Assembly: GCF_018350175.1 (NCBI RefSeq)
Contig: NC_058368.1
Span: forward strand, 238,764,001-238,828,000
Source of the DNA: Felis catus
Lineage: Eukaryota
Direction of reading: 5' to 3'
DNA length: 64,000 bases
The notes under the pieces were generated by a model that worked only from the letters and a program-made list of their open reading frames with translations, was not told the origin of the DNA and searched no databases. A program made the translations under genes and the position numbers. Within the stretch, counting starts at the first letter, position 1; each line of letters opens with the position of its first letter. Positions 25,421 through 37,040 of this stretch are shown one piece after another.

Positions 25421-25526
25421 ATCACAGGTGAACATGCTCACAGGTGAAGACAATCACAGGTGGACGTGGTCACAGGTGAGTAAGATCACAGGTGGATACA
25501 GCTATCGATGGAGATGCTCACAGGGG
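25421..25526. repeat. 16-bp minisatellite with invariant TCACAGGTG core
   Basis: CAGGTG at 25425, 25441, 25457, 25473 and 25489; degenerate units at 25505 and 25521. Confidence 0.92.
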
Positions 25527-27039
25527 AAGGGTCTGTGTCGTCCGGCTCCCTGGGCACCGGGAGGAAGCGTGATGTGCAGACATGAAATTGGGGTGGCCTT
25601 GACGAGAGTGAGCACCCGCGGATGAAACAAATGCAAGCTCCAACTCCACACGCAGAGCTAACTCAGGACGTCGCTGATATTCGTCTCTTTCTAGCCCCAA
25701 ACACAGCTGGTTCTGCTGACATGGGCATAAATTGCATGGGTCAGGATGGCAGGAGAAATTAAGACAGCCCAAAGCAGGTGCTTGGCTTAAGCACAGGTCT
25801 TTAAAATTCAAATCAATGTAAAATAACGTCCGGTTTGAAAGACTCACCATGGTGGCCAAACCAGGCCAGCTCTGGGAGAAGTGAGGCTCCAGCTCCGGGA
25901 AAGGAATCACGGGGGAGGGGACACCGCAGGGACAGAAGCGGGGGAGAGGCGGACACCGGCAGCACCACCTGAGAGCCAGTGAGGGCTGCTCTGTGCCTGA
26001 GGCCATGCTGTCCCCGGTTCCCCGGGCTCTGTGGCCACACCAGACGGGGGGCGGGGGAGGGAGTGGGTGGCCGCGGGGTCGACGGCTGGCATCCCCTCCA
26101 GATGTCCCTCGCCCTCGTCATGGAGTCGCGTGCAGCGGCCAAGGCCAGAGACCAGGGGCAGCGCACCGGCACACGCTGCCTCTTCGAGCACAGGTGCGTC
26201 CTCTCCCTGGGCCTCGGTGGCCCCCCAGCCGGGCGAAGGGCCAAGCCAACACCCATCTCAGGGAACCGAATCCAGCATGCCTTTTGCAGGCGGTTCCAAG
26301 TAAAGGTGTCCCCTAATTTCCATTCCAGGTGCCAGCAGCCTGGTTTTGCCTTTCACAGGGCTGCTTAGCGGCCCCGGGCAACTGGGAGCGAACGGGTCAG
26401 CCCAGCCGCCAGGACTCCCTGAGTCAGGATCACAGGCCTACGTGTGGACGAGGAGCCGCTGGCCTACGCGGTCTCTCGGGGACCGGCCGGCGACGCCGCA
26501 GCAGGGTCCTGGTGCTGCTGGGCTTGTCTCCCCGCCACCTCTCCGCCAGCACAGGGAGAGCAAGGGGTCACATGTGCCCAGGACCCGGGCCGAGTGGAGC
26601 AGCGGCGTCCAGCTGTAGGCACCTCGGCAAGCCGACAGCAAGCGCCAGCAAATGGCCCTCATTTTCTGAAAAACTTAAAAAGAACAAAAAACAAAACTAT
26701 GTTAGAGCAATTGCTAATCCCAACCCCAGCGGTTGAAAGCAGGCCTCCTTTCCTGTACTGTCTTGGGGAGACTAAAGAAATCTCTGGAACAAGTCCGACT
26801 CGGCGGCACAACTGAGCAACATCTCCTTGCACAGCCCTCTGCCAGTCCGGCGGGGAAACGCTCACAGTGATCTTCCCAGGTGACTGCAAAGAAAAGTGAA
26901 GTGGGAAAGACAAGTCTGTGCCTCAAACCAGCAACAGAGACTAGGTCAGGACCCACCGATTCACAGATGCCATCCCACACGCTCTCTTTCCCAGGAAACC
27001 ACCGCCGAGTGAAGAAAACCACTAAGAAGAAAACAAGGT

Positions 27040-28940
27040 GTGCAGGACAGAGGCTCTGGGACACAGGTGTCCACAAAGCAGAACTCAGGACGTAGAAGAC
27101 GGGTTCCAACCATCAGTGACAAGTCAGGGGGCACAGGAGTACTTTCTTCCACGTACGCCATGTCAGGTGACAGGGACGGGACCATTCCTGATGTGTGTGA
27201 AAACACAGGTGATGGAAGAGATCGCTGGTTGCACATGGTGACTCGGTAGATAAGGGACACTTCCAGTCAGAAATACCTCAGATGGTCGAGAAGGATAGTT
27301 CATGGTTACAAATGGTAACGAAAGTAACAGAGAAGGACTTTCTGGTCATAAATTGTGACCCAGGTGACAGGAAAGGCTCCAGTGGTAAGTGGTAAATCGG
27401 TGGACAGAGAGATTCCTAGTCATTAATGACAGCTTGGGGGTTAGAAAAAGATGGTTTCCGTTCATAAGTAACAACACACGTGATAGAATAATACTGTTCC
27501 AGTGATAAATGGTAGCTCAGCCAGCAGGGAGAGAAGGTTCTGGTCAAAAATGATCATTCAGTTTTGATAGAGAAAGAATGATTTCAGTCATAAATAACTC
27601 AGGTGACACAGACAGACGTTCCCAGGGATAAAGCTTCAAGGCTTTCAGCCCCAGATTAGAAGTCAGATAACGGACGGTGAGTGTTTCCAGGGACAAACCA
27701 CTGGTAAGTGGCAGGTTAAGTGATCAGAGGTGATGGAGTCAGAAAGACTTCCTGTCAAACATGAGAGCACAGGCGACAGGTATTGAAATTTTCCTGTCAT
27801 AAGCCGTAATTCACACAACAGCAAAAGGTTTCAAGTGGTAAGTCCCGTGATGGAGAAAGTTTCTGGTCATAACCGATCATTCAGATGACAGAGGAAGGCT
27901 TCTAGTGCAAAGTAATAACTCAGCAGAGGCAAATCCGGCTTCCAGTCATCAAGTATGGCTCAAGGTGGTGACAAGAAAGACCGCCAGTCACAAGTGATAA
28001 CTCGCGTGGCAGGGAAGGAAAGGCTTCCAGTTGTGAATGATGCGCGAGGGGTACGGGAAGGAGCCCAGGCGCTAGTCATGGCTCAGGTGGCGGAGAAACA
28101 CTGACTTCATCCTAAGTGATAACTCATGTAGGGGAGAAGTGCATTGTCAACCTGAACTGTTAATTCAGCAGATACACAACAGTATTCAGGTGACAGAGAA
28201 TGAGGATTTCCAGGCATAACGGATAAATCACGGAGGAAAAAAAGGTGTCTGATCGTAAAGGATAAGCCAGGTGGTGAAGACAGATAGCAGCCAGTCATGG
28301 ATCATAACTCACGTAACACTGAGAGAGGACATTCAGCCAAAAACGCCTCAGGAAAAGAGAAAAAAGTTTCCAGAAATAAATGTTCAGTAAGTTGACAGGG
28401 AAGGACATGTTCCATTGTAAATGGTGACTCAAAATGGTAGACGAGGGTGGGTTTCAGTCATAAACTATAACTTAGGGGATACAGAAAGAATCCAATCTTC
28501 AATCCAATCCAAGAGCAACGGAGTTTCGCCGTAAAGGATAACTAGGAGACACAGAAGGAAGAATTCCACTCAAAAATGACAACCAGGGTCATGGAAAGTT
28601 CTCCAGTCTTAAATGGTAGTTCGGAGGGCAGTGAAGAAGGGAAGGGTTTGCGATGGTAACTGACAGCTCCCGCGATCAGCCACGAACGAACGTTTCCCGC
28701 CGCAGGTGGTCAGTCCGGGTGCCGATATGTTTAGGAGACAGGGTGGGAGGTCCGCTGTCACAAATGACGACATACAGACACAATGCGATCCATTACTGAC
28801 AACTTGTGTGGTAGAAGAGGAAGAATCCCAGTCAAAAAATAACTCACGTGACAGAAGAAACAGGTTTCTGCGAATGGTAACTCATCTAATAGATAAAGGT
28901 TTCCATCCTAAGTGAGAACTCGCATGATAGAGATTACATT
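27040..28940. repeat. Highly diverged ~37-42-bp tandem array, ~1.9 kb
   Basis: Recurring unit approx. CAGGTGACAGAGAAGG(N)TTCCAGTCATAAATGGTAACT; unit starts at 27361, 27398, 27435, 27477, 27518, 27559 and 27600. Confidence 0.85.
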
Positions 28941-31649
28941 TGTGGGAAGTTGGGTCTGGGTGTCTGTGGGGTGCAGGGACAAGAAGCACGAGGGAACGTG
29001 GCGCTCACTCCGCTCACTGTGCAGAGATGACCTCTGCCTCTTGCTCGAGCTTCCCGCCAGCATCCACAAAACGTGCCTGCTCTTAACTGACCCCTGGAAT
29101 GCTTCGAGGGACCAGTCCTTTCTCCTGATGGGGGGCTCCACCAATAGGCCGTCTTTGCTCCAGTGGCCTGGTTGGCTGATAGAGTCCAAACTGTTGGGTC
29201 TGCTCGGCCATCTGAAGGCTCCCAGGCCCAATCCTGCGTCCTCTCTGGTTGGGGCCCCTACCGCCTGGCGGGAAAGGTGCTCAGGCGGCAGGGACCGAGG
29301 AGGCTGACCGTCGCTGCACCCGAGCTGTGGGGGTGTGCCGGCCAGAGAGGTACGTGAAGTGCTCAGGGGAATGACAAATGCAAGGACAGTGGCACTGGGT
29401 GGTTGTTACTATGATGTGAGGACGTCCTGCAGGAAAGGAAACGCTGAGGCCAGCGGACGATGCGTGGAGAGGAGCTTGAGGGCCGGAGAGGCTCCAGACG
29501 CTCAGAGAAACACAGCTCACGCAGCACAAAAGCGGAGAGTTCGGCGGTCCAGCACCCGGACACAAGGCGGTCAAGTGCCCCCAGGGGATCCCAGACCACA
29601 ACCCAGGCATAGGACACCTGTGTGAATGGGCCGCGAATCTAACTCCCCAGACCCGCTGGACCTTCTGAGCCCACAGAAGTGGCCCCCGAACTAGGGCTAA
29701 ATAGCACAACCTACCTGGGGACCTGCCGGGTCCCCAGGACTGAGCTGTAGAGGGAGCACCAGGGCCACACCCCAGGGTGTCACCGAGGGAGCTGGAGGGG
29801 AAGATCTGTGAGCGTCCAGGACTTCAGGCGCTTTCTTGGGACACGGGGTCAGATTTCCCGGCCAAGACCCAAGGGATGAGTAAACCGGCCACTCAGGGGC
29901 CCTTGGAGGCCTAAAGACAGATGTGGCCACGTGGGGCCATGGCAGCCAAGGAAGGGGTGGTTGGGTCGGCAGGCCTGTGACGGCAGGGGCCAGGCAGCCG
30001 TGGGGGAGAGCTCACCAGAGCCACCTGCTTTTCCCTGCTGTGTGCGTTGGGAACGAAGCAACACGCTTAACATCGGGTCCCTGCCCAGTGGTGAGAGCCA
30101 CGCCAGTGGTGAGAGCAGGGGGCAATCTTGGAACTGACCCCCCACGACGGTTTCCCAAAACCAACACCAGGTGGGAAAGGGTTCAGGGGTGTGCCCTTCC
30201 CACCTCTGCTCACTCTCCGCCTGGTCCCGTGGAAACCGGGACGCAGTGATGACCGTGGGCTCCCTCAGACATGGCTCAGAGGTGGCCCCCCTGGCCCCAG
30301 TCCCCACACCTCTGCTGCTGAGGCACGGTCTCGTGGCTACAGTGGTTCGTGGCTCATGCCCGCTATTTGGAGGACTCAGAAAAGGGGCCCAGAAGGCGGT
30401 CACACACACACTGCCCTGCCTACAGGTGACCTCTCTCTGTTTCATCTCACGGCCCCTCCGGGCTTCCGGGGACAGCGCTTGGCATTTCGCCCATGAGGAG
30501 TGGGCTGCCCACCCCAGGAACACAGCTCTGCTTGCCCCTCGGACCCGCCCCTTGTGGGCAGGACGGCCCTGAGCCAGCGGGGTGTCTAGCGATGCCCGGC
30601 GACGTGCACCTGGGAGGTTTTGGCTGCTACCCACACAGTGACCCCGACACAGCCCGTACCAGGGGACGAGCCCAGGACCCGTGTCCTCAGTCTCGGGGCC
30701 CATGTATGACCCCCTCCTCACACTTTGGCCCCCCCATCTCCAGCAGGCCTCTCCGGATGGCCAAGTGGGTGCAATGGCCCACAGCCTTTCTCCTACACAC
30801 GCCTAGCGAACTAGGTTCGGAGGAGGAATGAGAAGCTGGGAACACTCATGCCCCGCCGCCCCCTCCCCTGCACGGAAGTTCATACTCACGCACAGCCCCA
30901 GGCTCAGACATGCACATGGACACACGCGGCACGTGGGGAAGACAGAAGGGATCGCAGAGCCTAAGAGGGACACACGGCAGGGTTGGTGGCCTTCGCTGAC
31001 CACGCTGTCCACCCCGGGGTGCCGGATGAGCCCCGGCACCCCCTCCTGTGCCACCACCCGGGGCAGCGCCACCCTCTAGGGGCCCTTGGGCGGATGCATC
31101 AGATGCACCCGCAGGACCTCTGGAACCCACCTTCTGGGAAACGGGTCTTGGTCTGGTGGCCTCCCGCGCTTAGATCTCGTTTTCTGCCCGCAGGGTCTGG
31201 CTCTGGAGCCCCCGCCCCCGCCCCCGCCGTCCCCAGTCCCTCGGGCTTCCCTTCCCCCTGCCTGTCTCCCTTACCCTGTCTTTCCCCCCATCTGCCCCAG
31301 CCCAGCCCCTGTCTCCTTCCTTCCATCCAGGCACCTGGACACCAGGCATTTCAGCAAAGTCGAGATGAAGTTGTCTCAGGGTCCCCCACTCCTGGAGCAC
31401 GGCGCGCCCCTCTTCTGACCCCGGTGCCCACAGACACTGCTTTTACCCCCACTTCAGGGCTCGAGGAGGCCAGAGCCAGGCTCCAGATTCCAGATGCGGC
31501 TCTTGGTGTCATTCCCATAAATGGTCACAGTCCCTTTTGACACCTCAAGGCATGAAACAGGCTAAAAGCTACATAATCATGGGAATGTCTCAATAGAATC
31601 CACATCGTCGGAGTGGAGACTCAACATGAAAAGCTCTGGTGGAATACGC

Positions 31650-31655
31650 TTTAAT
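31650..31655 (-). terminator. Probable TRIP13 polyadenylation signal (ATTAAA), implying a ~0.8 kb 3' UTR
   Basis: ATTAAA on the minus strand at the distal end of the AT-richer tract that follows the stop codon; base composition returns to GC-rich beyond ~31500. Confidence 0.55.
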
Positions 31656-32433
31656 ACTTAAAAAAGCTCCGTAACAAAAGCCAACGTGGTTTTCAAAACG
31701 TGTACAAAACATGAGCGTGAAACTGATTTGAGCGTCGGGTAAGCGCAAAGCACATCCTGTGAGGTGCGCCAAGTTCCAGCCAGCTTGCCGTACGCGGGTG
31801 ACGTGCCACCGCGCGCAGCCGCAACGCTGCTGCAGAACGACGGGCAGGAAACCGTGCGACGCCGCCTGTCCTGGGGCCGAGCTGCGTGGCACACACTCAC
31901 CCGATCCCCAAACTGCACCTTTCTCACAAACAGCACCTTCGTGCGAAGCCCACTCTTCCTGAATTGTTTTCTCCATTTCTAGAACATAGGAATAGGTTTT
32001 TTTTTTTACTCTTAGTCTCTGAACCGATTGCACCAAATAAATGAGGCTCAGGTCAGAGAGCAAAGGCCACCTCATATTTCAGTGACCCAGATGTTTTTAA
32101 CGCTGGGATTACATTCTTATTTAAGACAATGTAGTTTTTTCTTTTGCTTCTTAAAGCCTGTGTTCGTGGCCTATTTTAAACCAATTTTGTCAGCATTTTG
32201 CATCTGACTGTCTAGAGGCAGGATGGAGTGAGGACACCTAGACGGCAGAACTTGAATCATCTTTTGAAACGGTGAAAATGACAGGCCGATTCGTCTTAAA
32301 AACACGTCACATACGACACACTTCTTTGAACACCACTCAGCCTCGTGGGCTTCCGGTCCGGGCAGAGCGTTCGGAGACTTCTGGGCAGCGACGTCACCTG
32401 CCGACTGTGCCCACGATCACGGCGGGGTCCGGA

Positions 32434-32529
32434 TCAGACGCAAGACGAGAGCTGCTTCTTCTCTTCGAACTGCTTGTCCACTGCCAGAGACAGGGCTCGA
32501 AGGAAGCCCTCGATGGTGACAGTGGGGGC
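32434..32529 (-). CDS. TRIP13: TRIP13 exon 13, coding part to stop
   Basis: [31 protein letters not shown] then TGA; 96 nt. Confidence 0.96.
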   Translation of the reverse strand, partial: APTVTIEGFLRALSLAVDKQFEEKKQLSSCV

Positions 32530-35500
32530 CTGGAAACAGACACGGGTATATGGGCCGGTCATGTCCCTGGTGGGGCTGCTGGCCGGCACCCCCAGTATGG
32601 GGCAGGGCGGGGGACTCCGAGGCCCTGCTCCGCGCGAGTCCATGGAGGGCCCAGTGTGAGCAGAGGTGTGTGAGACGCCCGCAGGCCACCTCCTTGCTTC
32701 AGAGGCACCGAGGCCCTCCCGCCCAGAAGCCCATCGCTTAGGCATGGAGGTGAGTCAGATCCGTAATGGTGTTATGTGCAACTCCCCGCGAGGCCAGGCC
32801 CCGCCACACAGAGTGGTGGTGGGGGGCACACAGTGGCAGTGGGGGGCACAGAGCAGCGGTGGGGGGCACAGAGCGCTCAGAGGCAGGGGTGGCCACGGCG
32901 GACTCACCTGGACATACAGCGCATGAGCCAGAAAAGGGAGCTTTCTCAGGACGCGGCCGCTGAGACCCTCGCTCTTCCTGTGAACAGAACCGCGCTTGGG
33001 GACGGTTTCCCTCATCTCCGAAAGTCCCCTCCCCTATAGCTGGCCTCAAGGTGGGCTGGTGGCCCCCGGTCCTCAGCTCCTGCCCCAGGCGGGACAGGAT
33101 GCTTGCCGCCCTGAGCTGCTAGCCGCCCAGGAGAGGCACACACGACACGGTGGGCACGCGGCCAGTGGCACGGATCCCGAGGAAACCAGGCTGGTCCCCA
33201 TCAACTATTTTTGTCCAAGTGTCAGAACTGCCCTCTTCTGCCTCATCTTGACCAGTTTCCATCTCTTCAAGAGATAACCCGAAATATGGTTTCTTCAGGC
33301 TATCCCTTTGTTCAAAAGCTTCCACAAGCCTCATGGCTTCAGGATGAAGTTCAAACTCTGGTCACAATGTGGCCTCTGGGCCGCCAAATTCTAACTGTCC
33401 TTCATTCCACTGCAACTGTGCTCCACTCCATCTCCCCACCTTCCCTTCCTGCCACCCCTGGTCACCAAAGCCATGTGGGAGGTCGACCACGCTGCCAGCC
33501 ACAGGCCCCCAGCACGTGTGCAGCCACTGGCGCTCAGGGGCCGAGCGCTCCCTCCTGACGCCTAGGGCTGCCGGGCCGCGTGCTTTCTCTGACTTCCCGA
33601 AGCACCAAACACAGACCCCTGCCGCTGTGTCCTCTGCTTACTCAGACAGAAGCTTCCACTTTTTCCTTCTCATCGATTTGTAAAAATTTAACAAATGCCG
33701 TTTTTTAAGAAATCAGGACTACGTCACGAGAGCCTCATCTGGATATCTATCTTTTCAGAGACAAACACAGCACTGCTTTTTACTTTCTAATGGTGCCTGT
33801 GGGAGGGTGGCGGACCTCTACGCTCTGGCCCAGGCGCCTGGGGCCAGGGCGGTCGGGTGCTCTCAAAGCTCTCCCAGCGCCTGTGTGACAGACGCCTCGG
33901 GGTCCCATTCCCTGTCCTCTGACCCCAAACCACGACCCCAGGCTGCTGCAGTCAGCTACAACCGCCCATGACCACAACAAATGCACCTTTCTAGGTTATA
34001 AAGATGGAGGCAATGCACACCTTGAAATCTCACTCAAAAGGAGACTCAACCTTGACACGTTGTTTTCAATGAAGCCAATCATCTCCAGCTCCCGGAGGGT
34101 CAGCAGCTGCTGGCGAGGGTATATGATCTGACACTGGAGACAGACACAGGGCGTCACGGCGCGGTTCACGGGCAGAGTGCACACTGTCGGCCACGGGACA
34201 GCAGCCCGTTCCTCAGAAACATTGCCTCCCCCAGAAAGGCAAGCACGGCCACGCCAGGACGCAGGCCACTCCCCTCTCGCTCACACACACGTCCCCGCTC
34301 CTTCATACGCAGGTGAGAATATGGGTGACGGGACACGTCTCGGAGACTAGCGGGGACCCAGCCTCTTCTATGCTTTTGATCAAGATGTGTCTTCACTACG
34401 TGTCAGGGCAGAGAGGGACTCGAAGGGGCTGAGGCCAGCCCGGTATTGGGTTTCAAAGGCATATCACAACCCAGGGAAGCAGAGTCGGGCTCAGGAGTCA
34501 GGACTTGGCCTGCCTTTCAAGGAGGGTCTCCATTTTTTTTTTCTTAGTATTTATTGAGAGGGGAGAGGGGAGAGGGGAGAGGGGAAAGGGGAGAGGGGAG
34601 AGGGGAGAGGGACAGACAGACACACAGAATCCGAAGGAGGCTCCGGGCTCCAAGCTGACGGCACAGAGCCCGACGCGGGGCTCGAACCCACAAACCATGA
34701 GATCATGACCCAAGCCGCGCAGGCGCCCCTTCATTTGTTGTTTTTAAGACAAGACCGTCGCGTGGCAGGTGGCACAGCCTGACCCTGGATCTGGACTTCA
34801 TTCCCTTGTGAGCCACGTGGCTGTACACGGAGGCACTCTGCCAAGAAGCGGCACCTGACAGGGCGCCCAGGGACCAGCACTGAACGACTTCTAACGTGAA
34901 CCGCTCTTAGGGACCAGGAGAGAACGGGGAACAAACAGCTTTGTCCGCACGTTTTGGAGGTCTGGTGAAGGCTGTGAGTAAATTTAAGCAACAGGGTTTA
35001 TGCCAGGAGTGTTCTCACCTTCCTGAGCCTCCCTGGGTCCCTGCAGCCTCCCCGGGACTGCCCCCCGCTGCCCCTCCGGGTGCACGCGACAACCACGGGC
35101 TCCTGACGGAGTGGGCCAGGCACAGGCCGACAGCCTTCAGGACTGGCCAAATTTCCACTCCGTCATCGGAATGGCTTAACTTCCTGCAAACCGGTTGAGA
35201 ACCCCTGTCCCACACACTCAGCTTCTAGAAAAAGTCTGTACGTTAACTGGCGAAACATCTCCCGGATGCGCAGCACAAGTAGGAGCGTGACCACCGTCGG
35301 GATCCCATCACGCTGACTCCTCGGCACCAACACTTTCCGGAGCTCACCTGGGACCTCAGGTCAAGGCTCCCTGGGGCCTCCACTTTCTCCGTGCCGCAGC
35401 AAAGTGGGACGGGGTGCACACGCCAGACCAGCCCTCCCATCCCTGTCAGGGGCTGTGTGATCCCCGCCGAAGCTCTGTGGCGCCGGGCTGGGGGTCGGTC

Positions 35501-36992
35501 CCACCCCCGCCATCCTGTTACGACAACGTCATGCCAACGATCACCACGTAAATCCCCGTCCGTCGGTTGGCTTGGTTACTGCCTATCTCCCAGAATCAGG
35601 GTTCAGGAACGCTCCCCTGGGGGAAGGGACTGCCTGCCTCGGGCCTGCTGTGCCCAGTGCCCTGGACTCCTAGCACCCAGGTTGTGCCGAGTGGTTTACA
35701 CCAGGCCCACTGGGAGCGCGCTACCTCGCCCACTGCTGTTGTGCTCACTGCTCGCTAGAACACGGGACTGAAGGGACATTAATGCTGTAGCTAATGATAC
35801 ACTGTGAACGGCAACCCAGTCAGATGACCCCTCTGTGAACTGTGACCTCCAGTCAGATGACATCCCTGTGACCTGTGGCCTCCAGTCAGGTCTCCCTATG
35901 AACTAGGACGTGTCCGGCAGGTTTCCACGCCCCTCCCGGCAGATCGATCGATCACATGATCACAATCATCACTTTGCACTAAAAGAGCAAAAATATAAAG
36001 TCGGTGGCCATAATTTCTTTTTTTTCTAATTTTTTTTTTTACATTTATTTATTTTTGAGAAACAGAGTGAGACAAAGCGTGAGAGGAGGAGGGGCAGAGA
36101 GAGAAGGAGACACAGAATCTGAAGCAGGCTCCAGGCTCTGAGCAAGCAGTCAGCACAGAGCCTGATGCGGGGCTCGAACCCATGAACCGTGAGATCATGA
36201 CCTGAGCCCAAGTGAGATGCTCAACCGACTGAGCCACCCAGGCACCCCAATATTTTCAACTATCAGCTCAACCTACGAAACACACCAGCTGCAGTTTTCG
36301 ACCTAAGATGGTTAATACCACGTTCAAGTAACTCATCCCATCTCGGAATTGGCAACTTTAACCTGTGTCAGGGAACTAAGGACACACGAGAAGCCCGGTT
36401 GGAAACAAAAATGCCCCGTACCTTCATCAGTTCTTCCAGACAGGAGAGGTAGATTTTGAAGATGGCTGCTGCAGAGGGCGGTCCGATGTACTGCCTGATG
36501 TCAGCCCTGTCCACGAAGGCCACGTCGATCCTCTCCGTGATGTTGGAAGTGGTCAGGATCACCACGTTGCAGTGCCTGGAGGCAGAGGAGTGAGCGCCAG
36601 TCGGCCGGTGCCTCAGTGATTCCATCACACCCCCCTACCCCCGTCCTCGAAGGTTCAGAATTCAGCCAGCGTCTCAGCCGGCCGCACCCCACGTCCCAAA
36701 CCCGGCCTAGGAGGCCTCCTGAGGCCCACACCTGAGTGCCTGCCGGCCCCCAACTCCCACCAGGCTCTCTTGGCTGCAACTCAGTGCGCTGAGGAGGTGT
36801 TGCTCCTGTCTTCCAGCAAGTTGTCCCAGCCCCCCACTTGACTGTTCCCTCTCTTCCGTCAACTGTGGCATGACAAAACTCTCGTTTTTTCTTTTTTCTT
36901 CCCCCCCCCCCCCAATTTTATTTTTATTTCTAGAGACAGGGAAAGTGTGTATGTGCAGGGCGGGGGGGGGGGGAGGGAGGGAGGGAGAGAGG

Positions 36993-37040
<48 letters not shown>

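Noticed and set aside
25421..28940. Repeat-spacer look of the 16-bp and 40-bp arrays as CRISPR-like
   Set aside because: Mammalian DNA, no cas genes, cores too short or degenerate, and the spacers are diverged repeat sequence rather than unique inserts.
29350..29426. Further minus-strand acceptor (tttcctttcctgcag) upstream of the 40-bp array
   Set aside because: No convincing frame-preserving donor; not added to the candidate micro-exon chain.
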